Origin: Turneriellaceae bacterium
GTDB taxonomy: Bacteria; Spirochaetota; Leptospiria; Turneriellales; JAOUFE01
Reading direction: 5' to 3'
Assembly: GCA_050304475.1 (NCBI GenBank)
Contig: JBNLDQ010000009.1
Coordinates: 337,396 to 401,395 of the forward strand
Length of the DNA: 64,000 bases
Both the position numbers and the translations under genes were made by a program. Of the stretch, positions 29,010 to 38,210 are shown piece by piece; position 1 is the stretch's first letter; the number at the start of each line of letters is the position of its first letter. The notes under the pieces were generated by a model, which made no database searches, was not told the DNA's origin, and saw nothing but the letters and a program-made list of their open reading frames with translations.

Positions 29010-29879
29010 TTACAAATCGTTTGAATACGAAATCATTTCTTTGACAAAGGGCTCGATCAACGGCTTGCGCGCCTCGCGGTATTTCAAATAAAACTGACGC
29101 TCGCAAGTCAATCGCTTGAGAGGCAAGACGGCAAGGTTCTCATTCACGGCAAGGTTTGATATAAAACCGATCCCGATGCCGGCTTCTACGCTTTTAATCA
29201 AGCTAATGAGACTGCGCAACACCATGGAAACATGGCATTGTTTGATTTCCGGTATTGATAAAAATTTTTCGGCGATGATTTTTTGAATGGCCGATTTTTG
29301 ATGATACAATAAAAGATCCGTTTTGGCGATATCGCTTAATTTCATTTGTGATTTAAGCGCCAAAGGGTGCGTTTTCGACACAACGGGAACGATGCGATCG
29401 GAACAAAGGTATTCGACAACCATGCCTTGGGTTGGAAAAGTCTCCGAAGAAACGGCAATGTCAACCATACCCGTCATTAACGCCTGCGTCACAAACTGAT
29501 CGTCCCCCTCTAAAACCTGAAAAGCCGTGCCGGGGTGGCGCTCTTTCAGATACGCAATCATACGCGGCAACACCCACGATGAGACTGCGCCCCCTGCGGC
29601 AATGGAGATTTGATCGAGTTCGGATATATCGCGAACTTCCCGGATGAGTTCCTGCATAGAGTCCTGGATTTGGACCGCATGTTTCAAAAGAATCTTACCC
29701 TTGGGCGTAACCCGCATCTCTCTTGAGTTACGCTCTAAAAGAGTATACCCCAGCTCGCGCTCCAGTTTCGCAATTTGTTGGGAAAGCGCCGGTTGGGTAA
29801 TCGCCAAATTCCGCGCCGCTTTTGATAAACTCCCGTCGCGGTATGTTTGAACAAAGTACTGGAGTTGTTTAAAATCCAT
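29010..29879 (-). CDS. LysR-family transcriptional regulator
   Basis: N-terminal wHTH (LQYFVQTYRDGSLSKAARNLAITQPALSQQIAKLERELG) plus a LysR substrate-binding domain. Confidence 0.9.
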   Translation of the reverse strand: MDFKQLQYFVQTYRDGSLSKAARNLAITQPALSQQIAKLERELGYTLLERNSREMRVTPKGKILLKHAVQIQDSMQELIREVRDISELDQISIAAGGAVSSWVLPRMIAYLKERHPGTAFQVLEGDDQFVTQALMTGMVDIAVSSETFPTQGMVVEYLCSDRIVPVVSKTHPLALKSQMKLSDIAKTDLLLYHQKSAIQKIIAEKFLSIPEIKQCHVSMVLRSLISLIKSVEAGIGIGFISNLAVNENLAVLPLKRLTCERQFYLKYREARKPLIEPFVKEMISYSNDL

Positions 29880-30012
29880 TTTGAAGCCCCATTACTAAGT
29901 ATGACGAATAAATACTGAAATGACAAGCAAAAAAGGGGCGCCCGGCTGCCCCAAAAGCGGGAACAAAGAGCTTGACAGGTTATGATAAAATCACGGGTCT
30001 AACCTAGAATCC

Positions 30013-30086
30013 GCGCGTGTAGCTCAGGTGGTTAGAGTACTTGCTTGACATGCAAGGGGTCCCTGGTTCGAGTCCAGGCATGCGCA
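30013..30086 (+). tRNA. tRNA-Val (anticodon GAC)
   Basis: Cloverleaf read by eye. Acceptor stem GCGCGTG/CATGCGC (one G-U), anticodon stem CTTGC/GCAAG with loop TTGACAT, T-arm CCTGG-TTCGAGT-CCAGG, discriminator A, no encoded CCA. Confidence 0.9.
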
Positions 30087-30132
30087 TAATCGTTTTTAAT
30101 CATATCCTCAAAATTAAACAAGGGATTTACCC

Positions 30133-32043
30133 ATGCATAAAATTACTCTGCCCAACCAGCAAATAGTAGAAGTCGACGAAAACAAAACATACGGGGAAAT
30201 CCTCAACGAACATATGCCCGGCCTGGCAAAGCACGCTCTAGCCGTAAAAAGCGGCGAGAAAGTTCTCGACGTAAACCGGTCCGTATTTGAAGACGGTGAA
30301 ATAACGCCCGTTACATTTGACAGCCGCGAAGGTAAGGAAATTTACTGGCATTCAAGCGCTCACATTTTAGCGCAAGCTGTGAAGCGGATTTACCCCCAAG
30401 CGCAATTGACATTTGGCCCGGTTGCCGACCACGGTCCCGGCTTTTTTTATTACGACATTTACCTGGAAGAAAAAATATCCGAAGAAGATCTTTCCCGGAT
30501 TGAAGAGGAAATGAATAAAATTGCCGGCGAATCGATTGAAATTTCGCGGCATGTGTATGAACGAAAAGCCGCTATTGACGAATTTAACAGCCAAGGCGAA
30601 AAATTCAAAGCCCGGATTATCGATGAACTCCCGGAAGGAGTGGAAATCACCGTATACAAACAAGGAGATTTCCAGGACCTTTGCCGGGGCCCGCATGTGG
30701 CCAATACCGGAGTTCTGGGCAACTTTAAACTCACCGCTCTTGCCGGAGCCTACTGGAAAGGGGACGCCAACAATGAGATGCTCCAACGCATTTACGGCGT
30801 AAGCTTTCCAACCGCCAAAGAGTTGAAATCTTATTTGCATCGCATTGAAGAAGCCAAGAAAAGAGATCATCGAAAACTTGGCAAAGAACTGGACCTTTTC
30901 AGCTTTCATGAAGAGGCCCCGGGAATGCCTTTTTACCACCCCAAAGGAACGGCGCTTTTTAATTTGCTGCAGGCATACATTCGCAGCGAGTGCGAAAACC
31001 GGGGCTATGAAGAGCTGAGAACGCCCACGGTCCTTTCCGATGAGTTGTGGGTTCGTTCAGGCCACTACGAAAATTTTAAAGAAAACATGTATTTTACCGA
31101 GCTGGATGACCGCGGTTTTGCCATCAAACCCATGAACTGCCCCGGCTCAACTCTGGTGTTTAAGGAACGGCCTCGCAGTTACCGCGATTTACCCATCCGG
31201 ATGGCTGAACTTGGCCTGGTTCATCGCCATGAATTATCGGGCGTATTGCACGGTCTTTTCCGTGTCCGCGCATTCACTCAAGATGACGCTCACATCTATT
31301 GCTCGCCGGATCAATTAAAAGATGAAATTGAAAAAACAATTAGTTTTACCGTCGATGTGTATAAAAAATTCGGTTTTGAAAAAGTGGATATTTTCATCGC
31401 CACCCGCCCTGAAAAAGCCATGGGTTCGGACGAGATTTGGGAAAAAGCGACCAATGCGTTAACGGCGTCTTTAAAAGAACTAAACCTTGATTATAAAATT
31501 AAAGAAGGCGAAGGCGCTTTTTACGGGCCGAAAATAGAATTCAACATCAGCGATAGCCTCGAAAGAAACTGGCAGCTGGGGACAATCCAGGTGGACTTTT
31601 CCATGCCCGAACGTTTTGAACTGGAGTATGCCGGCAGCGACGGAGAAAAGCACCGACCGGTCATGGTCCACCGGGCCATTCTCGGTTCGATTGAACGGTT
31701 TATGGGCATTTTAATCGAACATTATGCCGGTAAACTCCCGCTTTGGCTTTCGCCCATACAAATACGTTTGTTGACTGTCGCCGAAACTCATCATGCCTAT
31801 ACCGAAAAACTGGCGGCCCAGCTTCGTGCGGCGGGCTTTCGCGTTGAAACGGACTTACGCTCAGAGTCCATCGGATATAAAATCCGCGAATGGAACTCGC
31901 AAAAAATCAATTACGCCGCTGTGATAGGTGACAAAGAGATGAATTCCGAAATGGTTGCCGTTCGAAAACGGGGAGAAAAAGATACGCTCGATATGCAAAC
32001 CGGCGAACTCATTGAATCCCTGAAAAAAGAAATGGAAGCTTGA
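30133..32043 (+). CDS. thrS: Threonyl-tRNA synthetase
   Basis: 636 aa with TGS, editing, class II core and anticodon domains. Motifs HRHELSGVLHGLFRVRAFTQDDAHIY and HRAILGSIERF. Confidence 0.97.
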   Translation: MHKITLPNQQIVEVDENKTYGEILNEHMPGLAKHALAVKSGEKVLDVNRSVFEDGEITPVTFDSREGKEIYWHSSAHILAQAVKRIYPQAQLTFGPVADHGPGFFYYDIYLEEKISEEDLSRIEEEMNKIAGESIEISRHVYERKAAIDEFNSQGEKFKARIIDELPEGVEITVYKQGDFQDLCRGPHVANTGVLGNFKLTALAGAYWKGDANNEMLQRIYGVSFPTAKELKSYLHRIEEAKKRDHRKLGKELDLFSFHEEAPGMPFYHPKGTALFNLLQAYIRSECENRGYEELRTPTVLSDELWVRSGHYENFKENMYFTELDDRGFAIKPMNCPGSTLVFKERPRSYRDLPIRMAELGLVHRHELSGVLHGLFRVRAFTQDDAHIYCSPDQLKDEIEKTISFTVDVYKKFGFEKVDIFIATRPEKAMGSDEIWEKATNALTASLKELNLDYKIKEGEGAFYGPKIEFNISDSLERNWQLGTIQVDFSMPERFELEYAGSDGEKHRPVMVHRAILGSIERFMGILIEHYAGKLPLWLSPIQIRLLTVAETHHAYTEKLAAQLRAAGFRVETDLRSESIGYKIREWNSQKINYAAVIGDKEMNSEMVAVRKRGEKDTLDMQTGELIESLKKEMEA

Positions 32044-32240
32044 GTTATCGTTTCCTTTCGCCAGTTTCAGAAAAATTTTCAAATTGTTTGCGATTCATAT
32101 AATAAACTTCTCCAAACGCCGGAGATGATATTGGCGGCGGAGGCGGTAGAGGGCGGGTATATATGGGCCCTTATATACCCCATAAAATGGTTGACTGGAG
32201 AAAAGGGCATTACACTCTTTTCAAAATTGGTACTTGAACG

Positions 32241-32921
32241 ATGTTATTTCTAGATCTTGTAATAGAGTTTTATTATATCCTGGAAAATATTGTCCTGACG
32301 ATTGCGGGAATATTCATCGTTCCAAAAGACTGCACCGAAGGCGATAAAAGGCCTGTTGTGATGATCCCCGGCTTTGGCGGCAGCCGCCTGACAATGCACA
32401 AATGGGGGAAACATCTCAACGCTTTGGGGTACCCCACGTACTACCCGCAGCTTTATTTTCAATTGCCTTCTCTGCATAAAAATATGCGGCGGCTTGAAAA
32501 ATACCTTGTTGATAAAAATTTAAAAGATTGTTATATTGCCGCCCACTCAATGGGCGGTTTAATCGCCGCTTCACTGGGGCATGAAGGCAACCGGTATGTA
32601 CGAAAAATATTTTCGGTTTCAAGTCCGTTCCGCGGCACGTATCTGGGAGCCGCTCTTTTTTTCATACCTTCCGGGCGTCAGGTTATACCGAATTCACGCT
32701 ACATGAAAATGCACCGGGAAGGCTTTCTCGGCAACTCGAAAATTCAGTACATCTATGCCAAAGCCGACCCTGTCATTTGTCCGGCAGAGAAAAACAGGCT
32801 GGGCAAAAAGACAGACATGCTTTCCCCTTTTCTTGGTCATTTTAGAACTTGTATAAGCACCAAAGGGGTTGAATTTCTGGTAGAAATTATTTCAGAAGAA
32901 GACAAAAAAACGAACCGTTAG
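32241..32921 (+). CDS. Alpha/beta hydrolase, lipase/esterase-like
   Basis: VVMIPGFGGS... and nucleophile elbow AHSMGGLIAA; 226 aa. Confidence 0.55.
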   Translation: MLFLDLVIEFYYILENIVLTIAGIFIVPKDCTEGDKRPVVMIPGFGGSRLTMHKWGKHLNALGYPTYYPQLYFQLPSLHKNMRRLEKYLVDKNLKDCYIAAHSMGGLIAASLGHEGNRYVRKIFSVSSPFRGTYLGAALFFIPSGRQVIPNSRYMKMHREGFLGNSKIQYIYAKADPVICPAEKNRLGKKTDMLSPFLGHFRTCISTKGVEFLVEIISEEDKKTNR

Positions 32922-32925
32922 TCAA

Positions 32926-33741
32926 TTGGCACCGCGCGCAATCAACACCCTTTTGGACTTACCTGTTCTTAAACCGTTTGAGATCTTATTGTTTACCCAC
33001 CGCGGTTTTGGAAAATTCGGTTCTATCCCCGAAAACACCTGGCGGGCCTTTCAAGAATCTACGCGCCTGGGTTTTGAAGCGCATGAATTGGATGTTCGCG
33101 CCAGCAAAGACGGCGTACCCGTTGTTTTTCACGGCCCCCGCCTGGAAAGAACCACATCCGGCGAAGGGCGGTTAGAGAAAAAAACACTCAAAGAACTTGA
33201 TCAACTGGATTGGGGGTATTATTTAAAACAACCGCAACCTACGAAACTGCTTACGCTAAAAAACTATTTTCAACAAATCCCCAGGACCGCGATTACCAAT
33301 GTGGAAATTAAACGTAACATTTTTCAATGGGGATTTCTAACGGAACGAAGCGTATTGGAAACAATCAGACAGAGCAATCGAACAAAAAAAGTCATAGTCA
33401 GCGGGTTTCATTTAATCACGCTTCTTTACTTCCGCTTCTGCGCTCCCGAAATTGCCAGAGGCGTATTGGTTGACAAAAAAAAATACCTGCCTTTCTGGCT
33501 GCCTATTTTAATTTATTTATGCAAGCCTGACTCGGTTCATTTGCCCGTCAAATGGTGTAGCCCCAAAAGAGTTCAAAAACTGCAAAAACGAGGGTTTGCC
33601 ATTCTCCCATGGGTCGTGAACCTGCCCGAAGATTTGGAAAAACTTTCAACGCTTGGCGTCTTTTTCGCCATTACCGATAAAATTGAATTTGGCGGGCGCT
33701 TTCGCGGGAAGGCGTTTGCAAAGCATCTCGCCGGCAAGTAA
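32926..33741 (+). CDS. Glycerophosphodiester phosphodiesterase-family protein
   Basis: GDPD motifs HRGF...PENT..AF, ELDVRASKDGVPVVFHG and ...RTTSGEG. TTG start. Confidence 0.8.
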   Translation: MAPRAINTLLDLPVLKPFEILLFTHRGFGKFGSIPENTWRAFQESTRLGFEAHELDVRASKDGVPVVFHGPRLERTTSGEGRLEKKTLKELDQLDWGYYLKQPQPTKLLTLKNYFQQIPRTAITNVEIKRNIFQWGFLTERSVLETIRQSNRTKKVIVSGFHLITLLYFRFCAPEIARGVLVDKKKYLPFWLPILIYLCKPDSVHLPVKWCSPKRVQKLQKRGFAILPWVVNLPEDLEKLSTLGVFFAITDKIEFGGRFRGKAFAKHLAGK

Positions 33742-33757
33742 ATCCGATTGCCTTCAA

Positions 33758-34924
33758 TCAAGGGTTAGCTATCATTTGATAAATACGCCCGCTAAAGTAA
33801 TCTACCATCAATACCCTCTGGTCGTCAAAACCAAAGCTGGAAATATTCATGTCTGTCTCAAGCAGAGTGTTTGCCTGATCCATTGCAACCGCCGGTCCCT
33901 TTCCGCTTTTCGGATCAGTTGCAGGTATGGACCAAACGGCGCCATTGACAAAGTCGCCAAAAATATATTGGCCGCGCAACTCCGGCAAGAGATCGCCCCG
34001 GTAGACAAAACCGCCGGTTACAGATCGCCCTTTATTATGACTATACTCATACACGGGAAGGACCAGGCCTTCCTCCCGGCAGTTTTCGGCGGGGAGAAAA
34101 CAATGATTGCCTTCCATTACATTCCACCCGTGATTTTCTCCGGCGCGTATGATTGTAATTTCTTCATAACGGTCCTGGCCGACATCGCCGGCCCATAAGA
34201 GACCCGTTTTCGAGTCAAAACTAAAGCGCCAGGGGTTACGCAAACCAAAGGCAAAAATCTCTGGTCTGCCATTTTTTAAATGAGGATTATCTCTCGGGAT
34301 TTCATACCCGGTTTCGCCCGATACGTCGATCCGCAATATTTTCCCCAACAAGGTATCCGTGTTTTGAGCGTTCCCGTGCGGGTCCCCGCCTGCTCCCCCG
34401 TCTCCGAGCCCAATGTAAAGCATGCGATCCGGGCCGAAAACCAAATGACCGCCGTTGTGATTGGCATAGGGTTGCGCAATGCGAAGGATAACTTCTCTAT
34501 TCAAAATATTTGCCGGCGCCGCTGTCTTTCCCGCTCTGACCCTTTCCACGACGCTCGCCCTGGGATTGCACACGGAGTAATAAATGAAAAACGTTTTGTT
34601 TTGCCGGTAGAGCGGATCAAACGCCAGTCCTAACAACCCTTCTTCATACCCCTTGTCGCAAACATCCGCCTCGATATCCAAAAAAAGAGTTTTTTTGCTT
34701 TCCGGTCCCGCCAGATAAATTCGCCCTTTTTTTTCAACAACGGCATATAACCCCTTCTTTTCGCCCGGATACGGTAAAACCAAAAGAGGGTTTTGAAAAA
34801 AATCGGGTATAAAAAGAGTCATTCGGTATTGGCTTGATTTCCCAAGAGCGAGAACGACCGCCCCACTAAAAAAAAGCGAAGCCATTAAGGCCGTCAAAAC
34901 AGTAAACACAGCTTTCCGTTTCAT
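33758..34924 (-). CDS. PQQ-dependent sugar (glucose/sorbosone) dehydrogenase-family beta-propeller
   Basis: EEGLLGLAFDP, NHNGGHLVFGPDRMLYIGLGDGG and RNPWRFSFD motifs; signal peptide. Confidence 0.85.
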   Translation of the reverse strand: MKRKAVFTVLTALMASLFFSGAVVLALGKSSQYRMTLFIPDFFQNPLLVLPYPGEKKGLYAVVEKKGRIYLAGPESKKTLFLDIEADVCDKGYEEGLLGLAFDPLYRQNKTFFIYYSVCNPRASVVERVRAGKTAAPANILNREVILRIAQPYANHNGGHLVFGPDRMLYIGLGDGGAGGDPHGNAQNTDTLLGKILRIDVSGETGYEIPRDNPHLKNGRPEIFAFGLRNPWRFSFDSKTGLLWAGDVGQDRYEEITIIRAGENHGWNVMEGNHCFLPAENCREEGLVLPVYEYSHNKGRSVTGGFVYRGDLLPELRGQYIFGDFVNGAVWSIPATDPKSGKGPAVAMDQANTLLETDMNISSFGFDDQRVLMVDYFSGRIYQMIANP

Positions 34925-35042
34925 TTGCCGGATTCAATATAATTCAATGTTGAATTTATTTCCAGTGTTTTTCAACGCATCAAGGCGTTACCCGTTGAAC
35001 AAGAGAAAGTCCGGGTAAAAACAAATCTTACCATTTTCGTTT

Positions 35043-35906
35043 TTATTGGTAACCTTTTTTCCGAATTTTCAAACGAAGGCGATCCCACTCATACAGGGCT
35101 TCATCGCTGACTCGCGCCATTATTTTTCGCTGTTCGGCTTTTAAAGAATCATATGACTTGAAAGGGAAAAAAGGAACAAACGCGGATTTCGCTTGCTCCG
35201 AAAATCGAATAATTTGCTTTGCATGATTCCGGGATTCTTCCGGCTTTTCTTTAGACGCCGCAAAGCGAGCAATGGTTTCGTCTCCGGATTTCGTGACAGT
35301 ATGGGCAATTAAAAACAAGAGACTTTTTTGAGCGGCAATGTCTTTCTCGGTAAAAAGCCGCCGTTCAGCTTTGCCAAGATAAAACTCTTCTTTTGTCGGC
35401 AGCAGCATATAAACCAGGCACATCTCCTGGTCTAGTGTCATGGCGTGCCGCGAGACAATGGCATAGAACTCCGGTATCGCAAGAACCTTAAAGGCCGCTT
35501 CGGTTGTATCAAATTCTTCAACAGCAAAGCGGTGTATTGTGTAAAAATAATCGGTACTATCAATATCAATCAAATCGGCCTTAACAATGGCATCTAAAGC
35601 AAGTTGCTTATCTTCCCTTGCTTCCGTAAGAGTGAGAAGCAACTTTGCCCCGTCATAGTAAAAAAAAGGCGGCGCATCGGAACGCGCCAACTCGATTCGC
35701 AGCTCGTCTAAAAGTTGCGAACCTCCTTTTTCAACGTCAGACCAAAAATTATCCAGCTCATGAGATTTTACTTCGATTTGCTTTTGATCAATGGTATGCG
35801 GCGAAAACGAGTATACTTCTGCAACGCGCTCATGCAGAGAAGGCGACGCCCCCAAAGCGCTAAACGCCGAAAACATAAGACAAAATCGTAGCATGAAACG
35901 ATGCAT
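35043..35906 (-). CDS. Hypothetical secreted protein
   Basis: Start trimmed to ATG 35906, which gives a signal peptide (MHRFMLRFCLMFSAFSALGASP). No family recognised. Confidence 0.55.
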   Translation of the reverse strand: MHRFMLRFCLMFSAFSALGASPSLHERVAEVYSFSPHTIDQKQIEVKSHELDNFWSDVEKGGSQLLDELRIELARSDAPPFFYYDGAKLLLTLTEAREDKQLALDAIVKADLIDIDSTDYFYTIHRFAVEEFDTTEAAFKVLAIPEFYAIVSRHAMTLDQEMCLVYMLLPTKEEFYLGKAERRLFTEKDIAAQKSLLFLIAHTVTKSGDETIARFAASKEKPEESRNHAKQIIRFSEQAKSAFVPFFPFKSYDSLKAEQRKIMARVSDEALYEWDRLRLKIRKKGYQ

Positions 35907-36219
35907 ATCCGGCCTACCCTCACACGAAAAATCCAAATTCTTATTGTGAATAATGAAAAACAATCCCGTCGTCAAACCAATTCTTTGTTCCCTTGCTTTA
36001 TTGTTTGATTCCACAGGCGTTCGTTCGTATATGCGAAGCGGCCAAAGAACCCGCCCGCTCTTGTCCAAGGCAAATAGAGCTTTTCAAAAAGAAAGGCGCG
36101 GGTAAATAGTAGTTCATTTTACCTGGCATGATTATTATATAAGTGATTCGCCAAAAAGGATTCCGGAGCGCGTAGCTTGTAACGCTCAAATGTACGCTTA
36201 AAAATAAAAAAGGCAGCAT

Positions 36220-36579
36220 ATGTTCATGAGTATATTAGACGAAGTCGCTTTGGTGATAGGGATCACCGCCGTAGGCGTCATTATCTGGGGGGCCTTTATC
36301 GCTCTCATTGGTTTTTTTCGCATTGAGTTCATGCGATTCCGGGGCCGCAGCGCAACCCACGAATTTGATGTTTTACGCCATGAATTTGGCCGTTACCTGT
36401 TGCTAGGTCTTGAGTTTATGATGGCGGCCGACATCATCCATACGATCCTTAGCCCCGACCTCAACGGCTTGATGATTCTTGGCACCATCGTCGCCATTCG
36501 TACCGTACTTAGTTATTTTCTCAACAAAGAGCTTGAAAAACCGCCTCAACAACCGAAACCGCCTGAAAGTAAAAAATGA
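36220..36579 (+). CDS. DUF1622-family small membrane protein
   Basis: 119 aa. The segment ...RHEFGRYLLLGLEFMMAADIIHTI... is characteristic of DUF1622. Confidence 0.65.
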   Translation: MFMSILDEVALVIGITAVGVIIWGAFIALIGFFRIEFMRFRGRSATHEFDVLRHEFGRYLLLGLEFMMAADIIHTILSPDLNGLMILGTIVAIRTVLSYFLNKELEKPPQQPKPPESKK

Positions 36580-36626
36580 ATGCGCAAAACGGGCTTTTTG
36601 AGACAATCAATTCAGCAATACGATAA

Positions 36627-36673
36627 AAGGGGGCAAGCCTGCCCCCTCGCTTCGGCTATTTGCCGTTTTTTTC
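36627..36673 (-). repeat. Intergenic repeat family 2, short copy
   Basis: GGGGGCAagccTGCCCCC hairpin at 36629-36646, followed by tcgcttcggctatttgccgtttttttc. Directly abuts the family 1 copy. Confidence 0.75.
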
Positions 36674-36728
36674 TTTCCACAAACCACCCCCACCCTGTAG
36701 GGTGGGGGTGGAACATTCCGGATTTTTC
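36671..36728 (+). repeat. Intergenic repeat family 1, best copy
   Basis: Perfect 12-bp stem CCACCCCCACCC/GGGTGGGGGTGG (36684-36695/36700-36711) with loop tgta. Flanked by ttctttcc... and ...ccggatttttc. Confidence 0.85.
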
Positions 36729-36917
36729 AGTGTTTTACCTTTATGATCGCATAAACCGGGTTTTTTTATCGCATTTTTGATATTTTTTGCTGAAAATGAA
36801 TCGCCAGGCAAATGAGCCTGCGCTTCCCCCGACGTATCGAGCGAGCCCCGGGTTTTGGCTGGTTTGCATTACCTTTAAAACGGCTTTACTGCAAGATCGG
36901 TAAGCCGTCTATAACAT

Positions 36918-38075
36918 GTGGGTCGAAAAAAAACATTGCTTCTTATCGAGCCGTTTTTTGGCGGTTCGCATCGCAAATGGTCGCAAGAAATTGCCAAGAA
37001 GCTGAATTTCAACACTCATTTGCTAACCCTGCCCGAACGCTTCTGGAAATGGCGGATGTACGGGGGAGCCATCACGCTGGCCCGCCGGGCGCATACTTTG
37101 ACGGATGACATTGCCCCCGATTTAATCTTGGCCGGGAGCATGTTTGATTTGACTACCTTCCGGGCATTGGCTCCGCCCCGCCTTCGAGACGTTCCCGTCG
37201 CCCTCTATTTTCATGAAAACCAGTTTGCCTACCCGGAACAAGACAACTACGAAAACCGAAGCGATTTGCACTACCGGTGGATCAACTATATATCCGCCCT
37301 TGCCGCCAACCATGTTTTATTTAATTCCCGTTATAATCGCGACTCATTTTTCTTTGGCCTGACCGAAATGCTCTCAACTTTTCCGGAATACCGCAACATG
37401 AATACGATAGACGAAATTCGTAAAAAAACAAAAATACTGCCCCTGGGTATCGACCTGGAACAATTGGCAACCGGCACGGAAAAAACAGTTCATGGGCCGG
37501 CCTCTGCCCATACCAAGGCGCCGCCGCTGCTCCTTTGGAACCACCGTTGGGAACACGATAAAAACCCGGAGGAGTTTTTTAGGGCTCTCGAAAAACTCAG
37601 GGAACGAAATCTCGACTTTCATCTGGCGGTCTGCGGAAAATCATATTCGCAATCGCCGCCAATATTTAAAAATGCTTTGGGTAAATTCTCAACTCAACTG
37701 GTACATTTTGGTCATGCTTCCCTTCCCGTCTACCGGGACCTGTTAAAGAAAACCCGCTTTTTGCCTGTCACATCGAACTAGGATTTTTTTGGCATTAGCG
37801 TGATTGAAGCGGTTTTCGCCGGGGCTATCCCGCTGTTGCCGCAGCGGCTGGCTTACCCTGACATTCTCCCGCCGGAATGCTATCCGGAATGTTACTACGA
37901 AGGAGACCTTGCAGATGCGCTGATCCGGGCTTTTCAATGGCCCCCGGAAAAACAAGCGCAACTCTCACAAAAACTAAAAAAACGCCTCTACCGGTATGAC
38001 TGGTCTAACATGAAGAAAAAATATGAGTCGCTTTTTGAAAACCTTATTTCTACAAAAAGCCCCAAGCCAGGTTAA
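36918..38075 (+). pseudogene. DUF3524/GT4-type glycosyltransferase (GTDC1-like) interrupted by an in-frame TAG at 37779-37781
   Basis: Track ORFs 36918..37781 and 37800..38075 are in the same frame. The read-through translation ...LPVTSN*DFFGISVIEAVFAGAIPLLP restores a continuous GT-B E-x7-E-type segment. The N-terminus LLLIEPFFGGSHRKW is DUF3524-like. GTG start. Confidence 0.7.
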
Positions 38076-38210
38076 TCATGTTTAAATCGTTTGACAAGGA
38101 TGCCGGTTTCCGGAATGATTCGCAAAACTGTTCTTCTTACGATTCTTTATCTCGTTTAGCAAGAACCGGTTAATTTTTAATATCCCCGCAAATGACGGCA
38201 TGAAAAAAAA

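Noticed and set aside
29972-30010. TTGACA (29972) and TAGAAT (30005) as a promoter for tRNA-Val
   Set aside because: The spacing between the two hexamers is ~27 nt rather than 16-18 nt. TAGAAT also ends only 2 nt before the mature tRNA 5' end.
32155-32180. 9-bp AT-rich hairpin GGGTATATA-tgggccct-TATATACCC downstream of thrS, and a possible 44-aa ORF starting at 32125
   Set aside because: No U-tract follows, so it is not a terminator, and there are no other copies. The small ORF has GGAG directly abutting the ATG with no spacer, and its product has no recognisable motifs.
37779-37781. TAG as a recoded sense codon (pyrrolysine or alternative genetic code)
   Set aside because: TAG terminates other well-delimited genes in the window (the minus-strand genes with stop ends at 50612 and 46893). 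No pyl genes are present here. A pseudogene, sequencing error or low-level read-through is more parsimonious.
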